Positions 46,701 to 62,893 of a stretch of DNA of 64,000 nt are shown in pieces (the first letter of the stretch is position 1; each line of letters starts with the position of its first letter). Origin of the DNA: the human T2T-CHM13v2.0 reference genome, Homo sapiens; the NCBI RefSeq assembly GCF_009914755.1, contig NC_060925.1; one strand, written 5' to 3'. The position numbers and the translations under genes were made by a program. Below the pieces are notes generated by a model that worked only from the letters and a program-made list of their open reading frames with translations, searched no databases and had not been told where the DNA came from.

Positions 46701-49700
46701 GAAATTGAGACTAAAAAGTATATAAAAGATCAACAAAGCAAACTGTTAGTTTTTTGAAAATATAAAATTGACAAACCTGTAGTTAGACTAAGAAAAAAGA
46801 TTAAGAGCCCAAATAAATAAAATCAGGGATAAAAAAGAAAACATTTCAACTGATACCACAGAAATACAAAAGCTCCTTAGACAATATCGTGAACAAGTAC
46901 ATGCCGAAAAAACTGGAAAATCTAGAAGAAACATATAAAATCCTGGACACATACAACCTACCATCATTGAACCAGAAAGAAACAGAAAATCTAAACAGAC
47001 CAATAATGAGTAACAAGATCAAAATAGTAGTAAAAAATCTCCCATCAAAGAAAAGCTCAGGACCTGATGGATTCACTACTGAATTCTGCCAAACATTTAA
47101 AGAACTAATACCAAGTCTACTCAAACTATTTCAAAAAACTGAAGGAGGGAATACTTCCAAATTCATCTATGAGGCTAGCATTACCCTGATAACAAAACCA
47201 GACAAGGCCACCACACACACACATAAAAAATCTAAAGGCCAATATCTCTGATGAACATAAATGCAGAAATCCTCCACAAAATACTAGCAAACTGAATTCC
47301 ACAGCACATTAAAAAAAGACCATTCCATCATGATCAAGTGGGATTCATCCCAGATATGCAATAATGGTTCAATACATGCAAATCAATAAACATGATACAT
47401 GATCAACAGAATCAAGGACAAAATCCATATGATAATTTCAACAGATGCTGAAAAAGCATTCAATAAAATTCAGCATCCCTTCATGATAAAAACTCTCAAC
47501 AAACTGGATTAGAAGGAACATACATCAACATGATAAAGGCCATACATAACAAACCCACAGCTAATATCATACTTAATGCGGAACAACTGAAAGACTTTCC
47601 ACTAAGATCTGGAACAAGATAAGAATGTTCACTCTCATCACTTCTATCCAACATAGTACTGGAATTCCAAGCCAGAGCAATTAGGCAAGAGAAAGAAATA
47701 AGGCGTGTCCAAATTGGAAAGGAAGAAGTCAAATTATCTTTGTGTGCAGACAACATGATCTTACACTTAAAAAAACCTAAAGAGTCCACCAAAACATTCT
47801 TAGAACTGATGAACAAATTCAGTAAAGTTTTAGGATATAACATCAACATACAGAAATCAGTAGCATTTTTATCCAACAGTTATCAATCTGAAAAAGGCAT
47901 CAAGAAAGCAATCTCACTTGCAATACCTACCAAAGGAAAAAATAATCTAGGAATAAATTTTACCAAAGTGAAAGATCTCTACAGGAAAAACTACACAAAC
48001 CTGATGAAATAAATTGAAGAAGACACAAAAAATGGAAAGACATCCCATGCTCATGGATTGCACGAAATAACATTGCTAAAATGTCCATACTACCAGAAGA
48101 AGTATATTTATTGATCTATACATATGCAATAATCTCTATCAAAATTCCAATGGCACTTTTCATATAAATAGAAAAATCAACCCTAAAATTTCTATGGAAC
48201 CACAAAAGACCCAGAATAGCTAAAGCAACCCTGAGCAAGAAGAACAAAGCTGGACGCATCATACTATTTGATTTCAAATTATACTACATAGCTACAGTAA
48301 TCAAAACAGCATGGTATAGGGATAAAAACAGACACACAGACCAATGGAACAAATAGAAAACTCAGAAATAAATCCAAGCACTTACAGCCAACTCATTTCC
48401 AACAAAGGTGCCAAGAATATACATTGGGAAAGGACACTCTGTTTAATAATCGTGCAGGGAAAACTGGATATCCATATGCAGAAGAATGAAACTAGATCCC
48501 CAACTTTCACCATATCCCAAAATCAAATCAAAATGGATTAAAGACTTAAATCTAAGACCTGAAACTGTGACACTACTAAAAGGAAACACTGGGGAAATGT
48601 TCCAGGACATTATTCTGGGCAGAAATTTTTTAGGTAAAACCTCAAAAATCATAGGCAACAAAAGCAAAAACAGAAAAATGAAATTACATCAAGCTAAAAA
48701 GATTCTGCATAGCAAAGGAAACAATGTTTAAGGTGAAGAGACAACGTACAGAATGAGAGAAAATATTTGCAATTCATCCACCTGACAAGCAATTAATAAC
48801 CAGAAAATATAAGGAATTTGAAACAACTCAATGGCAAAAAACAAAACAAAACAAAACAAAAAAACAAAAAAACAAAAAAAATCTAATTATAAAATGGGCA
48901 AATCATCTGAATAGACATTTCACAGAAGAAGACAACAGGTATATGAAAAAATGCTCAAAATCACTAATCATCAAAGAAATGCAAATCAAAACTACAAGAT
49001 ATCATCTCATCTCAGTTAGCTTATAAAAAAGACCAAAAAATAACAAATGCTGGCAAGGATGTGGAGAAAAGGAACACTCATACACTATTGGTGGGAATGC
49101 AAAATAGGACAGTCATTATAGAAAACAGTACAGAGGTTGCTCAAAAAATTAAAAATAAAACTACCATATGATCCAGCAATCCCACATCTAGCTACATATC
49201 CAGAAAAAAGGAAATCAGTATACTGAAGAGTTATCTGCACTCCCATGTCTATTGCAGCAGTATTCACAATAGCCAAGGTATGGAATCAAGATGTGTCCAT
49301 CAACAGATTAATGGAAAAGGAAAATGTATATATACACAATAAAATGTTATTCAGCCACAAAAAAGAATGAAATCTTGTTATTTGTAACAACATGGATGGA
49401 ACTGGAAGTTATTGTTAAGTGAAATATGCCAGGCACAGAAAGACAAATATCACATATTCTCATTCACATGTGGGAGCAAAACGAGTGGATGTCAAGGAGG
49501 TAGAGGGTAGACCAGAGGCTGGGTAGGGAAAGTGTTTGGGAGGAGAATGAAGAGAAGTTGGTTAAGCAGTATAAAAATACAGTTAGAAGATATAAGTTCT
49601 AGTATTTGACAGAATAGTAGGGAAATTATTAACAATTTATTGCATATTTCAAAATATCCAGAAAAAAATAGTAATGTACCCAACACAAAGAAAAGACAAA

Positions 49701-50627
49701 TGTCTGAGGTGATGGATATTCCAGTTACCCTGATTTAATCATTAAACACTGTACACAGGTATCAAAATATCACATGTACCCCAAAAATATGTACAAATAT
49801 TATACATCAATTAAAAAAAAAGAAACTGTTGTAACTAGAATCAAAGAAAAGCATCTTGTGCCAGTGTTTGAATTTATTCCTACAACATTCATAAGCTCAA
49901 TTACAAATCTTTGAAATTTTGAAAATTGCTGTAATTGTATATATTGCCATTTTTCAATCCAAAAAAGTTCCCTATAGTATGAGTTTCTAATAGATAGCAA
50001 CAGATAATCACAAATAACAAAGTTTCATGGCTAACAACATATGCCATTATATATTTCAAGAAAGTAGCTATTGACTGACCCATTATTTATTTCTAATAAA
50101 GTATTTTACCTTTAAAAATGGTTACAGAGAAAATAAAACAAATTATAAGTATTTCTAAAATTCACATACCCAAAGTGAACCAATGTCTCCCAACTTCCTC
50201 TCTCTTACAAATGTCTGTACTCACTCACTGCTCACTCACATACAATTCACTCCCCAAGGCAGTACCTGGTTTACACTTCTCATTCCTTTCCCTAATGTTA
50301 CCAGGAGGCCTAACAGAAAATTATGGCGCTGGGATAGCCAGTTATGGGAAAAGTTTTAGGCCTTTGTGGCAAGTATCAAACTGAACCACTAGCAAGATTG
50401 TCTTTTGGAGCTCCAACATAATCCTAACGATGATCTTAGTTTCCACTAATATTGATAGTTTTTACATATAAATCTGAAAAGCATACAGCCTACATAAAGT
50501 GAAGACTGGGTATAAATGTGTAATTTTACTTACAAACACCAACTTTTGCCTCTTAATACAATGTTTCAAAAAAATGTACAAACTGTGAGACTAGTATTCT
50601 ATTCAAATAATGGTTTAAGATGAATAC

Positions 50628-50800
50628 CTGCTTTCCATGATTTCTGAATCCTGTTGCAATTTAATAGTCTCTGTTGTAATTTCCACTTTCCGTACACTTC
50701 CAAAGAAATCAGTTATCAGTACATTTTTAGGATCCCTCTGAAAAAGATCAGTGCGATGTCCAGGAGTAGACACACACAGACTTTTGGGACATACCTGAAA
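50628..50800 (-). CDS. PIGK: PIGK coding exon 9 (FQVCPKSLCVSTPGHRTDLFQRDPKNVLITDFFGSVRKVEITTETIKLQQDSEIMES-S), 173 nt
   Basis: Acceptor tttttcag|TTTCAG and donor GCAG|gtattc. It lies within ORF 50615..50875. Confidence 0.96.
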
Positions 50801-52667
50801 CTGAAAAAATATATAATAATAAATGCATGCATCCACACACATACCACATTTATTAAATCCAATCACATAATTCACTAAACTATAGTGTATTTTTAAAACT
50901 CTCCCAACCTAAAGAAGCTATGTGTTCTAAAGACCTTAAAGATTAAAGTTTCATTCCTATCATAATGCTTGGAATTTTAAGAAAACTATACAGACATTAG
51001 GACAGTAATAAAAAGGTAGCTGGCCACTGTGGGAAAAGGCATACTCACTTTCTTGAATTATATGCTTCAAAGTGTATTGTGAACCCTTAACTCTGAGAAC
51101 TCATACTCAACACGATGAAAACAGAATTGCTCTTTTTCTTTGTCTGTATCCATCACAGTGCAGTGTTCTACTAGAATGGTTTTCAAACGTTTTGTAATCA
51201 TGCCTCTTGATTCAAACTTCAAATTCAAATAAAGTAGTACATGGAGCCCCAATATGTAAAAAACATTTAAGTGGAGTTGCTCTGGATTTTAGAAAACTGA
51301 AGCACAGCCTCTCTACTGCATATCCTCTTGCTCTCTGTTGTACTCCTATGTAGCATTTTATATATCAAAGCACTTTCTTAGTTTATTTATGAAAATAAGC
51401 CCAAGCTACCTCCACAAATACTCCAGTGCTCCAAAGAATACAGTCTGAAAAGCCACAACTTCACTGCAAAACAGACATCACAGTAATTTTTCTGTTAATC
51501 TTATCACTGATACTCCATGTCAGTGAATTACCAAGGACAGACATATATTCACTCACTCAGCAAAGCATATAAAGTGTCTATTACATAGAATTCATACTGT
51601 TACTTTCCACAGAGGATACAAAGATTGATAAGACATGGTCCTGTCCTCAAGGATTTAAGTCTAGTTACAGATGAATAAACATAACAAGGTAGAAAAAAAT
51701 GATAAGTCCCACTTCAGAAAAGGATAAACTTCTTATAGTTTGAGGATGGGGAAAAAACAGAGAGTGAAATTCAAGCCATTTTTTTTTTTTCTTGAAGGAA
51801 AACGAGGACTTACTGGTGGGAAATAAGAGCATTCCTAATAAAAGAGCAGTTGCAGAGACGTGCAAAGCAAATTATTTAGTTTGGCTGAAGCATGAGAGAT
51901 ATGAGGAAAAATATTATAGGCCTGCCAGGAAGGGTCCAGGCGCACAGCACCTATCCACCTGTAGAGATAAGACTGTCTGCACTGGCAATCACCAATATGA
52001 AGGCAGAAAGGTGGAGAAGGGTAGAGCGGCTACAATTTATAAAACACAGTGTTCCAAGCACTGTGCTAAGCAGTTTGCAGATATTCTCATTTAAGCCTAC
52101 CAATAACTCTGAGGTATACAAAACTTATATCTCCACTTCAAACTAAGGCTCAAAGAGATTAAGTAATTTACCTAATACCACACTGCCAGCAATCCTTGTC
52201 ATCCCTATTCAGGAAAGCAGTACAAGGAAACACAAAGAAGGACTCAGGATACAAATTAAAAAGGAAAAAAAAGTAAAATGCCAAACAGGAATAACAGATA
52301 GAAGATTGGAGAAAAAAATGACAGATAAAATAAGCAGAGATAAAGTTGAAAGTCCCAAGAATACTGAAGATCTCTTGGGTATTCCTGTATGAACAACTTG
52401 ATGGGCTTTCTTAGGTACCAGCAGAAGAAAACATTTAAGAGTATAGTCAAATGGGCCTGGGAAACACTGAATAATATTATCCTATTCTTTGCTGCCAAAA
52501 TAAACATACTTCACCTTATTATGAAGTCACTCCTTTCTTTTAAGAATTTTTATCATATCAATCTGATTTCCTTAGCTCACATAACACAATGACCCACAGG
52601 TCCCATATTACTCAGTTTAATTTTCAATAATCTCCTTCAATTACAGAATGTCCTCACTCTAGCCAGG

Positions 52668-52880
52668 CCATTATCAAAGATAAGAATCATCTATTATTCC
52701 AACTTCTGTGTATCTGCACATATTCTATTTCCTTAGTGTATGCTATACCTCTCTTCCTTCAAACCATCCTTCCTTCAACCCATTATCAAAGAAAAGGATC
52801 ATCCATTATTCCAACTTCCATGTGTCTGCGGGTATTTTATTTCCCTAGAGTATGCTATACTTCTTCTCTTCCTTCAAACC
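52668..52880 (+). repeat. Diverged tandem duplication, period about 112 bp
   Basis: ccattatcaaaga...cttccttcaaacc occurs at 52668-52765 and 52780-52880. Confidence 0.9.
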
Positions 52881-53876
52881 TGTACTTACTTTTCCAAGAA
52901 AAAGTTATGACTAATCTCACTATATTTAAAGGAACCATATAAATTGCATTGTTATCATGTCCTTTCATTCATTTAGTAGATATTCAATGAGCATCTACAA
53001 ATAAACCAGGTACTGTAATTAAGTTCTGTGGAGTGTAAGATGAATATAACATGGTCCTTACACCTCGCATTCAAGAAGCTCAAAGCCTTGAGGAAACATC
53101 ACAAATATAAACAATTACAGTGCAATACTAAAAGTATAATAAAGGTACATGGCAAGAGTTATATGTTCACAAAGGAAAGAAAATTACCTGGAGGATCCAG
53201 ACATTTCACATAACAAGTAATGTTTTATAAATGTGCTCTTCAACTGTCACCAATGACACTATAAATTTTTAAGGGGCTAACACCAGGTCTTCAAATTTTG
53301 CTACTCCTAAAGCAACTAACATAGTACTGTGAATACAGCTGATACTCAGCAAACTTTACTATACACATATACTCTAATAGAAAATAGGTATTATTATACA
53401 ATTGAGCTAGAGATAGGTTAAGTCACTGCCCCAGTAAACTGCCAGAAAATCAATCATTCTTATTGAATAAGATTACAATAGTCATCATTAAATCTTAAAA
53501 ATAAAGGTGGTAGGGTAAGATGAGGTATTAGTGAGGAATGTTTATTAAAAACTAAATAGCAATTAAGAGCAATAAAAAAATTAGTTTCCTTAATCTTTCC
53601 TGTATAATCAATAGAAGTATTTTTTAAACGATCATTAGATATTCAATGTGCAAGGTACATATATTTAAACTTTCGAGATAGCATGTCATGCCTTACATAA
53701 ATTATAAAATGTACAATCCAAAAATGAGAACTTTCAAATTGAAGTAATTGGAACTTAGGTGACTATAATTTTTTTACAGTTAAAGTAGCATTATCACAAG
53801 TTTTAATATTCAAATTCATATCAAGATTTAATAAACATCAACATATATAATCTTCAAAACGAAGTTAGAAAGTAGT

Positions 53877-56517
<2,641 letters not shown>

Positions 56518-57469
56518 GTAGTTCTATCAAATTTCACAGCCTATAGCAGTGGGCTTCAGAATCTGAGAATTTACCTAAAAGATTTATATATAATTAAAGA
56601 GATCAATGCAAAGCTGCTTGGCTGAAGTGCTAGAGGACAGAGCCCTGTCTACTCAGTCTCACCTTCATTCTAAGTCCCATGAAAGCAGGAACGGCATCTG
56701 CCTCTTTCATTAGGAACAGCCTGTGCTTGGCACTTAGCAAACACTCAAGAAACATTTATGAAAGAATAAACAGACTATAAATTAATGGAGAAAAGAATGA
56801 AAGTCATTGACACATAGTAAATTATCCAGTCTAGAATTGTTGTTTCAAGCTTTTTGTTATGCCTACTTTCAACAGCAACTTCAAAGTAGATTTAATGAAA
56901 AGAATCAGCACAAAAAAATTCAGGAAAAAAATCTAAATTAAATTCAACAAGCCTTGTCAAATGACTATACTATAAATTGTAGGGCCCACAAAAATATGTA
57001 AGAAAAGGTCTCTCTTTTCCAGGAGTTTCCCATTCAGTGAGAAAGACTTACATTCAATTAGTAAGGTCAATAAAAGACTGTGGTAAATGTTACCAAGGAG
57101 AAATAAAGGTCTATGGAGGCTCTGAAAAAAAACAAGAAATTCCCACAGGGAAGAATTCGGGGAGACTTCCTGAAGGAGACACAATCTGAGGTGGCCCCTG
57201 AAGAATATGTAGAATTTCAAAAGTTGAATCTAAAAAAAGTACATTTCTGGTAAGGAAAAGAAAATGAGTAAATAAAGGAAAACATCAGGCCTCTTGTAGA
57301 GAGACAGAGAAATACTAATATACAGGTAAAAGGTAGATATCAAATAGTTTTAAAAGCTATAATTCAACACATAAAACAAGATCCTCTAGGAGTGCAGGGA
57401 ATAATACACTTCTTTTCACATTAAGGTTAGCATACCTATGTGCTATAATCAAATCAAGTGAATACTTAC

Positions 57470-57580
57470 AAGGTCATTCATATTAGTTTGGCTAGCTGGG
57501 TTAATTTCTTCCAAAAATTCCAAGACATAAAATGTGTATCTATCCATAAGATGGACTCCAATTGCAGGATCAGGTTGATG
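57470..57580 (-). CDS. PIGK: PIGK coding exon 8 (HQPDPAIGVHLMDRYTFYVLEFLEEINPASQTNMNDL), 111 nt
   Basis: Acceptor ccttttcatag|CATCAA and donor CCTT|gtaagt. A 188-nt intron separates it from exon 7. Confidence 0.96.
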
Positions 57581-57768
57581 CTATGAAAAGGGGGAAAAAA
57601 AGTATTTCTAACAGTATCATTATAACAAAATGTTTTAAATGTAACCAAAATTTCCTTCTAATGTATTAGTCTAAGAAAGAACAGATACATTCATAAAGCA
57701 TTTAATTGGTTTCAGAAATAGCTGCACATTCCAAAGACACAGTTTACAAATGGGGAAAATGCACATAC

Positions 57769-57886
57769 CGAGAGTGAATCTTCTCCCACTTGACTACTAG
57801 CTAGAGCCATTATGTTAGGAGAATAAAATCGTTCATACATGGATGCTCCTTGGCAAGTATCAATAATAAACAGTAGCTCATTGTAG
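57769..57886 (-). CDS. PIGK: PIGK coding exon 7 (YNELLFIIDTCQGASMYERFYSPNIMALASSQVGEDSLS), 118 nt, contains catalytic Cys206
   Basis: Acceptor tttctttcag|CTACAAT and donor CTCG|gtatgt. It has the IDTCQ motif and lies within ORF 57712..57939. Confidence 0.97.
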
Positions 57887-58149
57887 CTGAAAGAAAAATG
57901 ATAACATCTTTGACAAGGATCATGCTGTAAATCATACACTAATATTTCTACAATACTTTTGTAAGATGTTTAAATCATATCTTAGTCATTTCATTAGCTA
58001 AAAGTTTTCAGCAGAATTCCCAACAGAAATTTGACCTCAGAAAAGTTAAAGGTATAAATTTGTCCAAGGAAACCACAGCGAGTCTTATTGTGCCCAAGGT
58101 GGCTGCCCCAGCTCTTTTCCCTCTTCCTTGTCTATGCCATATAATTCAG

Positions 58150-58740
58150 AATCTAAATGAATATTCCATTCAACAAGCACTTATTTGGCACCCATGCTGT
58201 CATAGAAATTGAGCTAGGTTCAGAAAAAGAAGTATGACTTAGTAACTATACTCAAAGAGCATAAACTCTAAGTGGAACACAGACAAACATACAACTACAT
58301 TGGAACGTGATGAGTACTATAAATATATATTGAGTGCCTACAATGTGCCTGATATTATGCTGGAGATGCAATAGTCCCTGCCCTCATATAGCCTAGAGTC
58401 TAACAAAATCAAAGTGTTGAATGAACACTGAGAAAGGACTAAGGAGGAACTGCAAAGAAAAGCAGATCAGAGAAAGGTGATGCCCAATACGGACAATGAG
58501 GGATGTTATTTTGTTTTACAGAGAAAAGAAGATGACATTCCAGCAGAGAGAAAAGCACATAATGTAAAAAAGTATAAGTGCTTGGGAACAGATCTGTGTA
58601 GCTAGGATTTAAAGTAAATTTGGGAGAATGGAGGGAAATTGGTTTCAAAAAGGTAGAATAGGTTCAATTTGTAAAGGATACCATATGAAGTCTGGATCTT
58701 ATCCTATAAGTTTGGAGAAACCATGAAAGGTTTTTGTTTT
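58150..58740 (-). mobile_element. L2 fragments
   Basis: cattcaacaagcacttattt, attgagtgcctacaatgtgcc, agtccctgccctcat. Similar relics lie near 51550, 52970 and 56950. Confidence 0.6.
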
Positions 58741-59029
58741 TGTTGTTGTTTTAATGAAAGAATAATATAATCAGGTATCCATTGCACAATAAGCTGGCTA
58801 GCTGGCAAAAGTTAAAGTAGAGAGGAGACATATTTTCTGGGAAGTTTTTCTCAGACACTGGGTCTAGGTAAACAGCTAACATGGAACCTAGAAAACAAAG
58901 CATTGAATCTTGAACCACAGTATCATCGAAGAAAGTGACAGGAGACACAATTAATATGACACATTTGTTCTGTGGCAAAATATGTGGAGGCTCCTATGCA
59001 TTAGAAACACCCAAAGTTAGGAGAGGTTG

Positions 59030-59280
59030 TGGAGTAAACAAGAGAGCAAGCTCTAGGACTGAACCATTTGGGCATGAATCCTAGCTGTGTCAAGTTTGGC
59101 AAGTTACTACTAGCTGTGTAAAGTTCCACAAGTTATTTAATCTTTCTGTGCCTCAGTTCACTCACTTGTAAAAAGGGAATAATAATAGTATCTACCCCAT
59201 AGAGTTGTAAAATTAAATGAGACCATAGATGTAAAATACAGTATGCAGCCCCCAGTATGCATTCTATAACTGTAAGCTAT
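59030..59280 (+). mobile_element. MIR SINE
   Basis: caagttatttaatctttctgtgcctcagttcactcacttgtaaaaagggaataataatagtatctacc. Confidence 0.75.
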
Positions 59281-60020
59281 GAATAAGACATAATCAGTGC
59301 CTAGTAAAAGCTTCCTCAACACTTCCACACATTGCTTATGCTTTTATTTTAACATTACAGTATTTATTTTGTAGCATCATTGTATACATATTTCTCTTTT
59401 CCATTAGATTGTAAACACTTTGAAGGCAGAATAAGCATCATATTCCACTTTCTGCCATAGGAATGGAAGATAGCCTATAAGTGTTTATTGAAAGTAATCA
59501 AGTTAAAAGTTTTTTCACTTACAGTCATATGCATGACAGCTTCCAACTAAAGAGATGCTTAGCAAGGGTTACTAACAATCATCCTTAATGTGAGTTGTTA
59601 CAAATTTTATGCTAATCATAATTTCAGCGATTTTTTTTTCCATAGAAGAAATACGTCTATCACATTAGGGGCCAAAGAATGAGCTAGAAAGAATAGGTAC
59701 AAGTTGAAAAATAAACAGATGTTCATAATCTCCATAATAATAGCTAACTTGGTTGGAGGGACACTTATTTCCTCTAAAAAAGATGCTAAATAACAAGAGA
59801 TGGAATCTTAAAAGGTTAACTATTTCATGTTATAGAATAACTCTCAGTTTTTCTTTTAAAAACAACCCAGTTCAGAGGAAATAACAAATGTAAATTTAAA
59901 AGAGTCAAAGAAATTGTCAAAATAAGTTAAAAATCTTAAAAAATAAAAATTACAAATCTACGAACCATGTGAAAATTAGGTATGAATATAGCTTATGAAA
60001 AGAAGTAATTTGCTAATTAC

Positions 60021-60117
60021 CGTCTTTTCTGCCACATTTGTTCAAAAGCATCCGCGAGTTCTATGTTGGTAATTTCTTCAGAATCTTGAAATTTTAAGAA
60101 ACCATTTCCACCATGCC
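60021..60117 (-). CDS. PIGK: PIGK coding exon 6 (G-HGGNGFLKFQDSEEITNIELADAFEQMWQKR-R), 97 nt, contains catalytic His164
   Basis: Acceptor ctctttatacaag|GGCATGG and donor AGACG|gtaatt. The GHGG motif is in phase with exon 5. Confidence 0.96.
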
Positions 60118-61110
60118 CTTGTATAAAGAGTAAAAAAGATCAATAGATTTTTTAATGCAAACTGCATATATCTAGATATATACATTTACTTCATTCATTA
60201 CATTTTGACATCGCTTGTTATTTTATACTCTAAAATGTATACTATGAAAACAAACAAATTGAATTTTCTACTATGCCAATTAAAAAGAGAATGATAGACT
60301 ATATAAAATAGCAGATATAATATCTTTAACAGGGTTTCTAATATTCAATTACAGAAACCTATATTTATGCTCTTCCACTGGCTCCATTATTATATCAGAA
60401 ATGAGTTTCCATTCACAAAATGTTTCAAATACCAGGCAAACATTTTTGATGAGAAAGAAGCTGAAGACATTAGCTAGTCCCACATTTTTACTACAAGAGG
60501 TGGAGCAGAAGATTGTGCTATTTGTATGCAATCTAGAGGCAGATTGCCTGGATTCAAATGGTAACTATGCCATGTTAGTTTAGGAAAATAATTTAATATT
60601 TCTATGCTTCAGTTTCCTCAGCCATAAAGTGAGAAATGTATCTGCAACACTATCATTAGCTTACTTATACAGTTGCTTTGCACAGGTTTTTAAAAGGTAC
60701 TTTCAACTGGGCATGAAAGTAGAAAAAAAAAACTAGTCTCCTCACCTTCCTCTTGGATACATGCAGCCCTGCAGGCTTACAAGTGGTTAGTTGACTATGC
60801 CTTTGTGGGAGAAAAAAGTATCCCTCCCTTCCATTAGAATACAACCCTGTGGTAGGGCAGATCGCTTAGTAAGTGTAAGCACATACGAGATTTCAGTTCC
60901 CACTTAACACCCTGGCCAGATTCTTGGGTGCACTATACAACCCACACAACCACATACAGCAACCTTGAATATCGGCACCTAAGTCAATGCACTGCTGTGA
61001 GAATGAAATGAGTTAATAGCCACAATGATTTAGAATACTGCCTGACGTATACTATGCCTCCATAAATATTATTATCATATTATCATAATTATCAACGTTT
61101 TTATTCTCTT

Positions 61111-61318
61111 ACAGACCCTGGCAACCTTCTACAAAAGATCAGGTAGTAAATATTTTTGGCTTGTGAGCCATATTGTCTCTAGCACAACTACTGAACTCTG
61201 CTGTGGTAGTATGGAAGCAGTCACAGAAACTGTGTAAACCAAATGGATGCAACTGTGTTTCAATAAAACTTCCAAAACAGGCAGCCAGTTCACAGGCCAT
61301 AGTTTATCAAATCCTATC
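61111..61318 (-). mobile_element. MER58A
   Basis: aggtagtaaatatttttggcttgtgagccata...tgtgtttcaataaaactt...caggccatagttt. Confidence 0.8.
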
Positions 61319-62893
61319 TTCAACTACTGGAATTTGTTCCAAGCCTGCAGTTACCCTGAAAGAGTTCCAACAGAATCAGGAAACAAACAAAAAATAATAA
61401 TAATAAATCCTTTAGTTTAGTACATCAAATAAAGCTAAGCTACAAAAAACTGCACTTCATCTTGTTTGCCATAAAAGCTTGAAAATTCCTTGTAATTTTC
61501 AGATAAAGTAAAATAAAATTTTTCCTGGCTTCATTAACTCTATTGAGTTAATTTATAAAGTTTATAAATTAAGCCTTGAAAGTTATAAATAAATGCAACA
61601 CGATAGAGAAAAGCCACTAAGTAGGGGTCATTAACTATGTTGACATGTGATATCTAAGAATCATTCTGCACCTGCTTTATCATCAGTTGAATGGAATGCC
61701 CTCCAAAAAATTTATAGAACATCTTTTGATTAACATCCATATTTACCGAATACTACTACAAGACAGGCAACTGGTGATAAAAAAAAAAAAAAGCAAGAAA
61801 TATATAATCAATGACATCTTGGAATTCAAAATACAGTGAAGGCAACAGATACCCAAACAATAAAGTAATAGTAAGTTAAATGCTATGAAAGAAACTAAAA
61901 ATTAACATGGGCATGCACAGAGGAAAGTCCAGACCAGCCAAGGAGAAGAGAAATATCTTTAGATAAGAAAAATGTAAGCTGTGTTATTCATACCAATTCT
62001 GAAGGAGAAAGCAGAAACTATTAATAATAACACTGGGACAACAGGTGTAAACTACAACTGTCCCAGGTAATTGGAAACATCAGTCACCCTAGACTTAGAA
62101 AGGAAGTCATGGAAGGGAGTGACTCCTGAGCTAAAACTAAAACCATATGGAATAATCAAGCAGGCAAAGTGGACTGAAAAGACGTCATAAGCAAATGCAA
62201 GAGCTTAAACAAATGTTTGAAGGACAGAACATTCAAGCTTGGAAGAGAATTAGAAAAAGTATTAAGAACTAAGACAAACTAAATAATATAGCTAAATCAT
62301 TACATATATTATTATGTGTAATACATATGATAACTATATTATATTATGGTACACTTTATCTCCAATATTCCTCAAAGTATAATCAAAAGACTACTGTATC
62401 TCATATCTGAGGAGTATATCCACAATGCAATTTCATGAATCCCAGCCCAGATGAAAATTAAGTAAGAATTCTAAAATAAGGCCTAAGTATCTACAGTTGG
62501 TAATCTTCATGTACAGCAAAATTTGAGATGGAAAACCATTATAAAGTTTTAAGCAGAAGAGGGACAGATTTGCAATTTCTATTAGACACTTTCACAGGAT
62601 GATTAGCAGGAGAACAAAACTGAAGGATGCTGTAGCAGGATACCAAGCAAAAGGTGCTAAGTTTACCAAGTCAATAGTAAAAAAATATAGAGATAAGAAA
62701 ATCAGGAACAGCACAAAATGTTATACTGTTTTCAGATATCATCTCAAATAGTTCTACATCATGGAAAATATAACTACATGAGAAACCATTTTAACCAAAA
62801 ATCATTTCACGTGTTTAAATTTCTTTCCATTTGCCTTTCTTTTCAAAGAGTTTCAATATACTCTACTATAAAAACTCTAAATTATGAAATTAC

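Larger units (their letters stand above)
44750..49820 (+). mobile_element. L1MA4-like LINE-1 (inter-ORF region, degraded ORF2 from about 45397, 3'UTR) with two Alu insertions
   Basis: ORF2 peptides appear in the ORF track (GPDGFTTEF, CADNMIL). The 3' end is ggtgatggatattccagttaccctgattt...catgtaccccaaaaatatgtac plus an A tail. Confidence 0.9.

Noticed and set aside
60660-60968. Possible MER91-like hAT-Tip100 element
   Set aside because: The resemblance is limited to one terminus and I could not define boundaries or a TSD.
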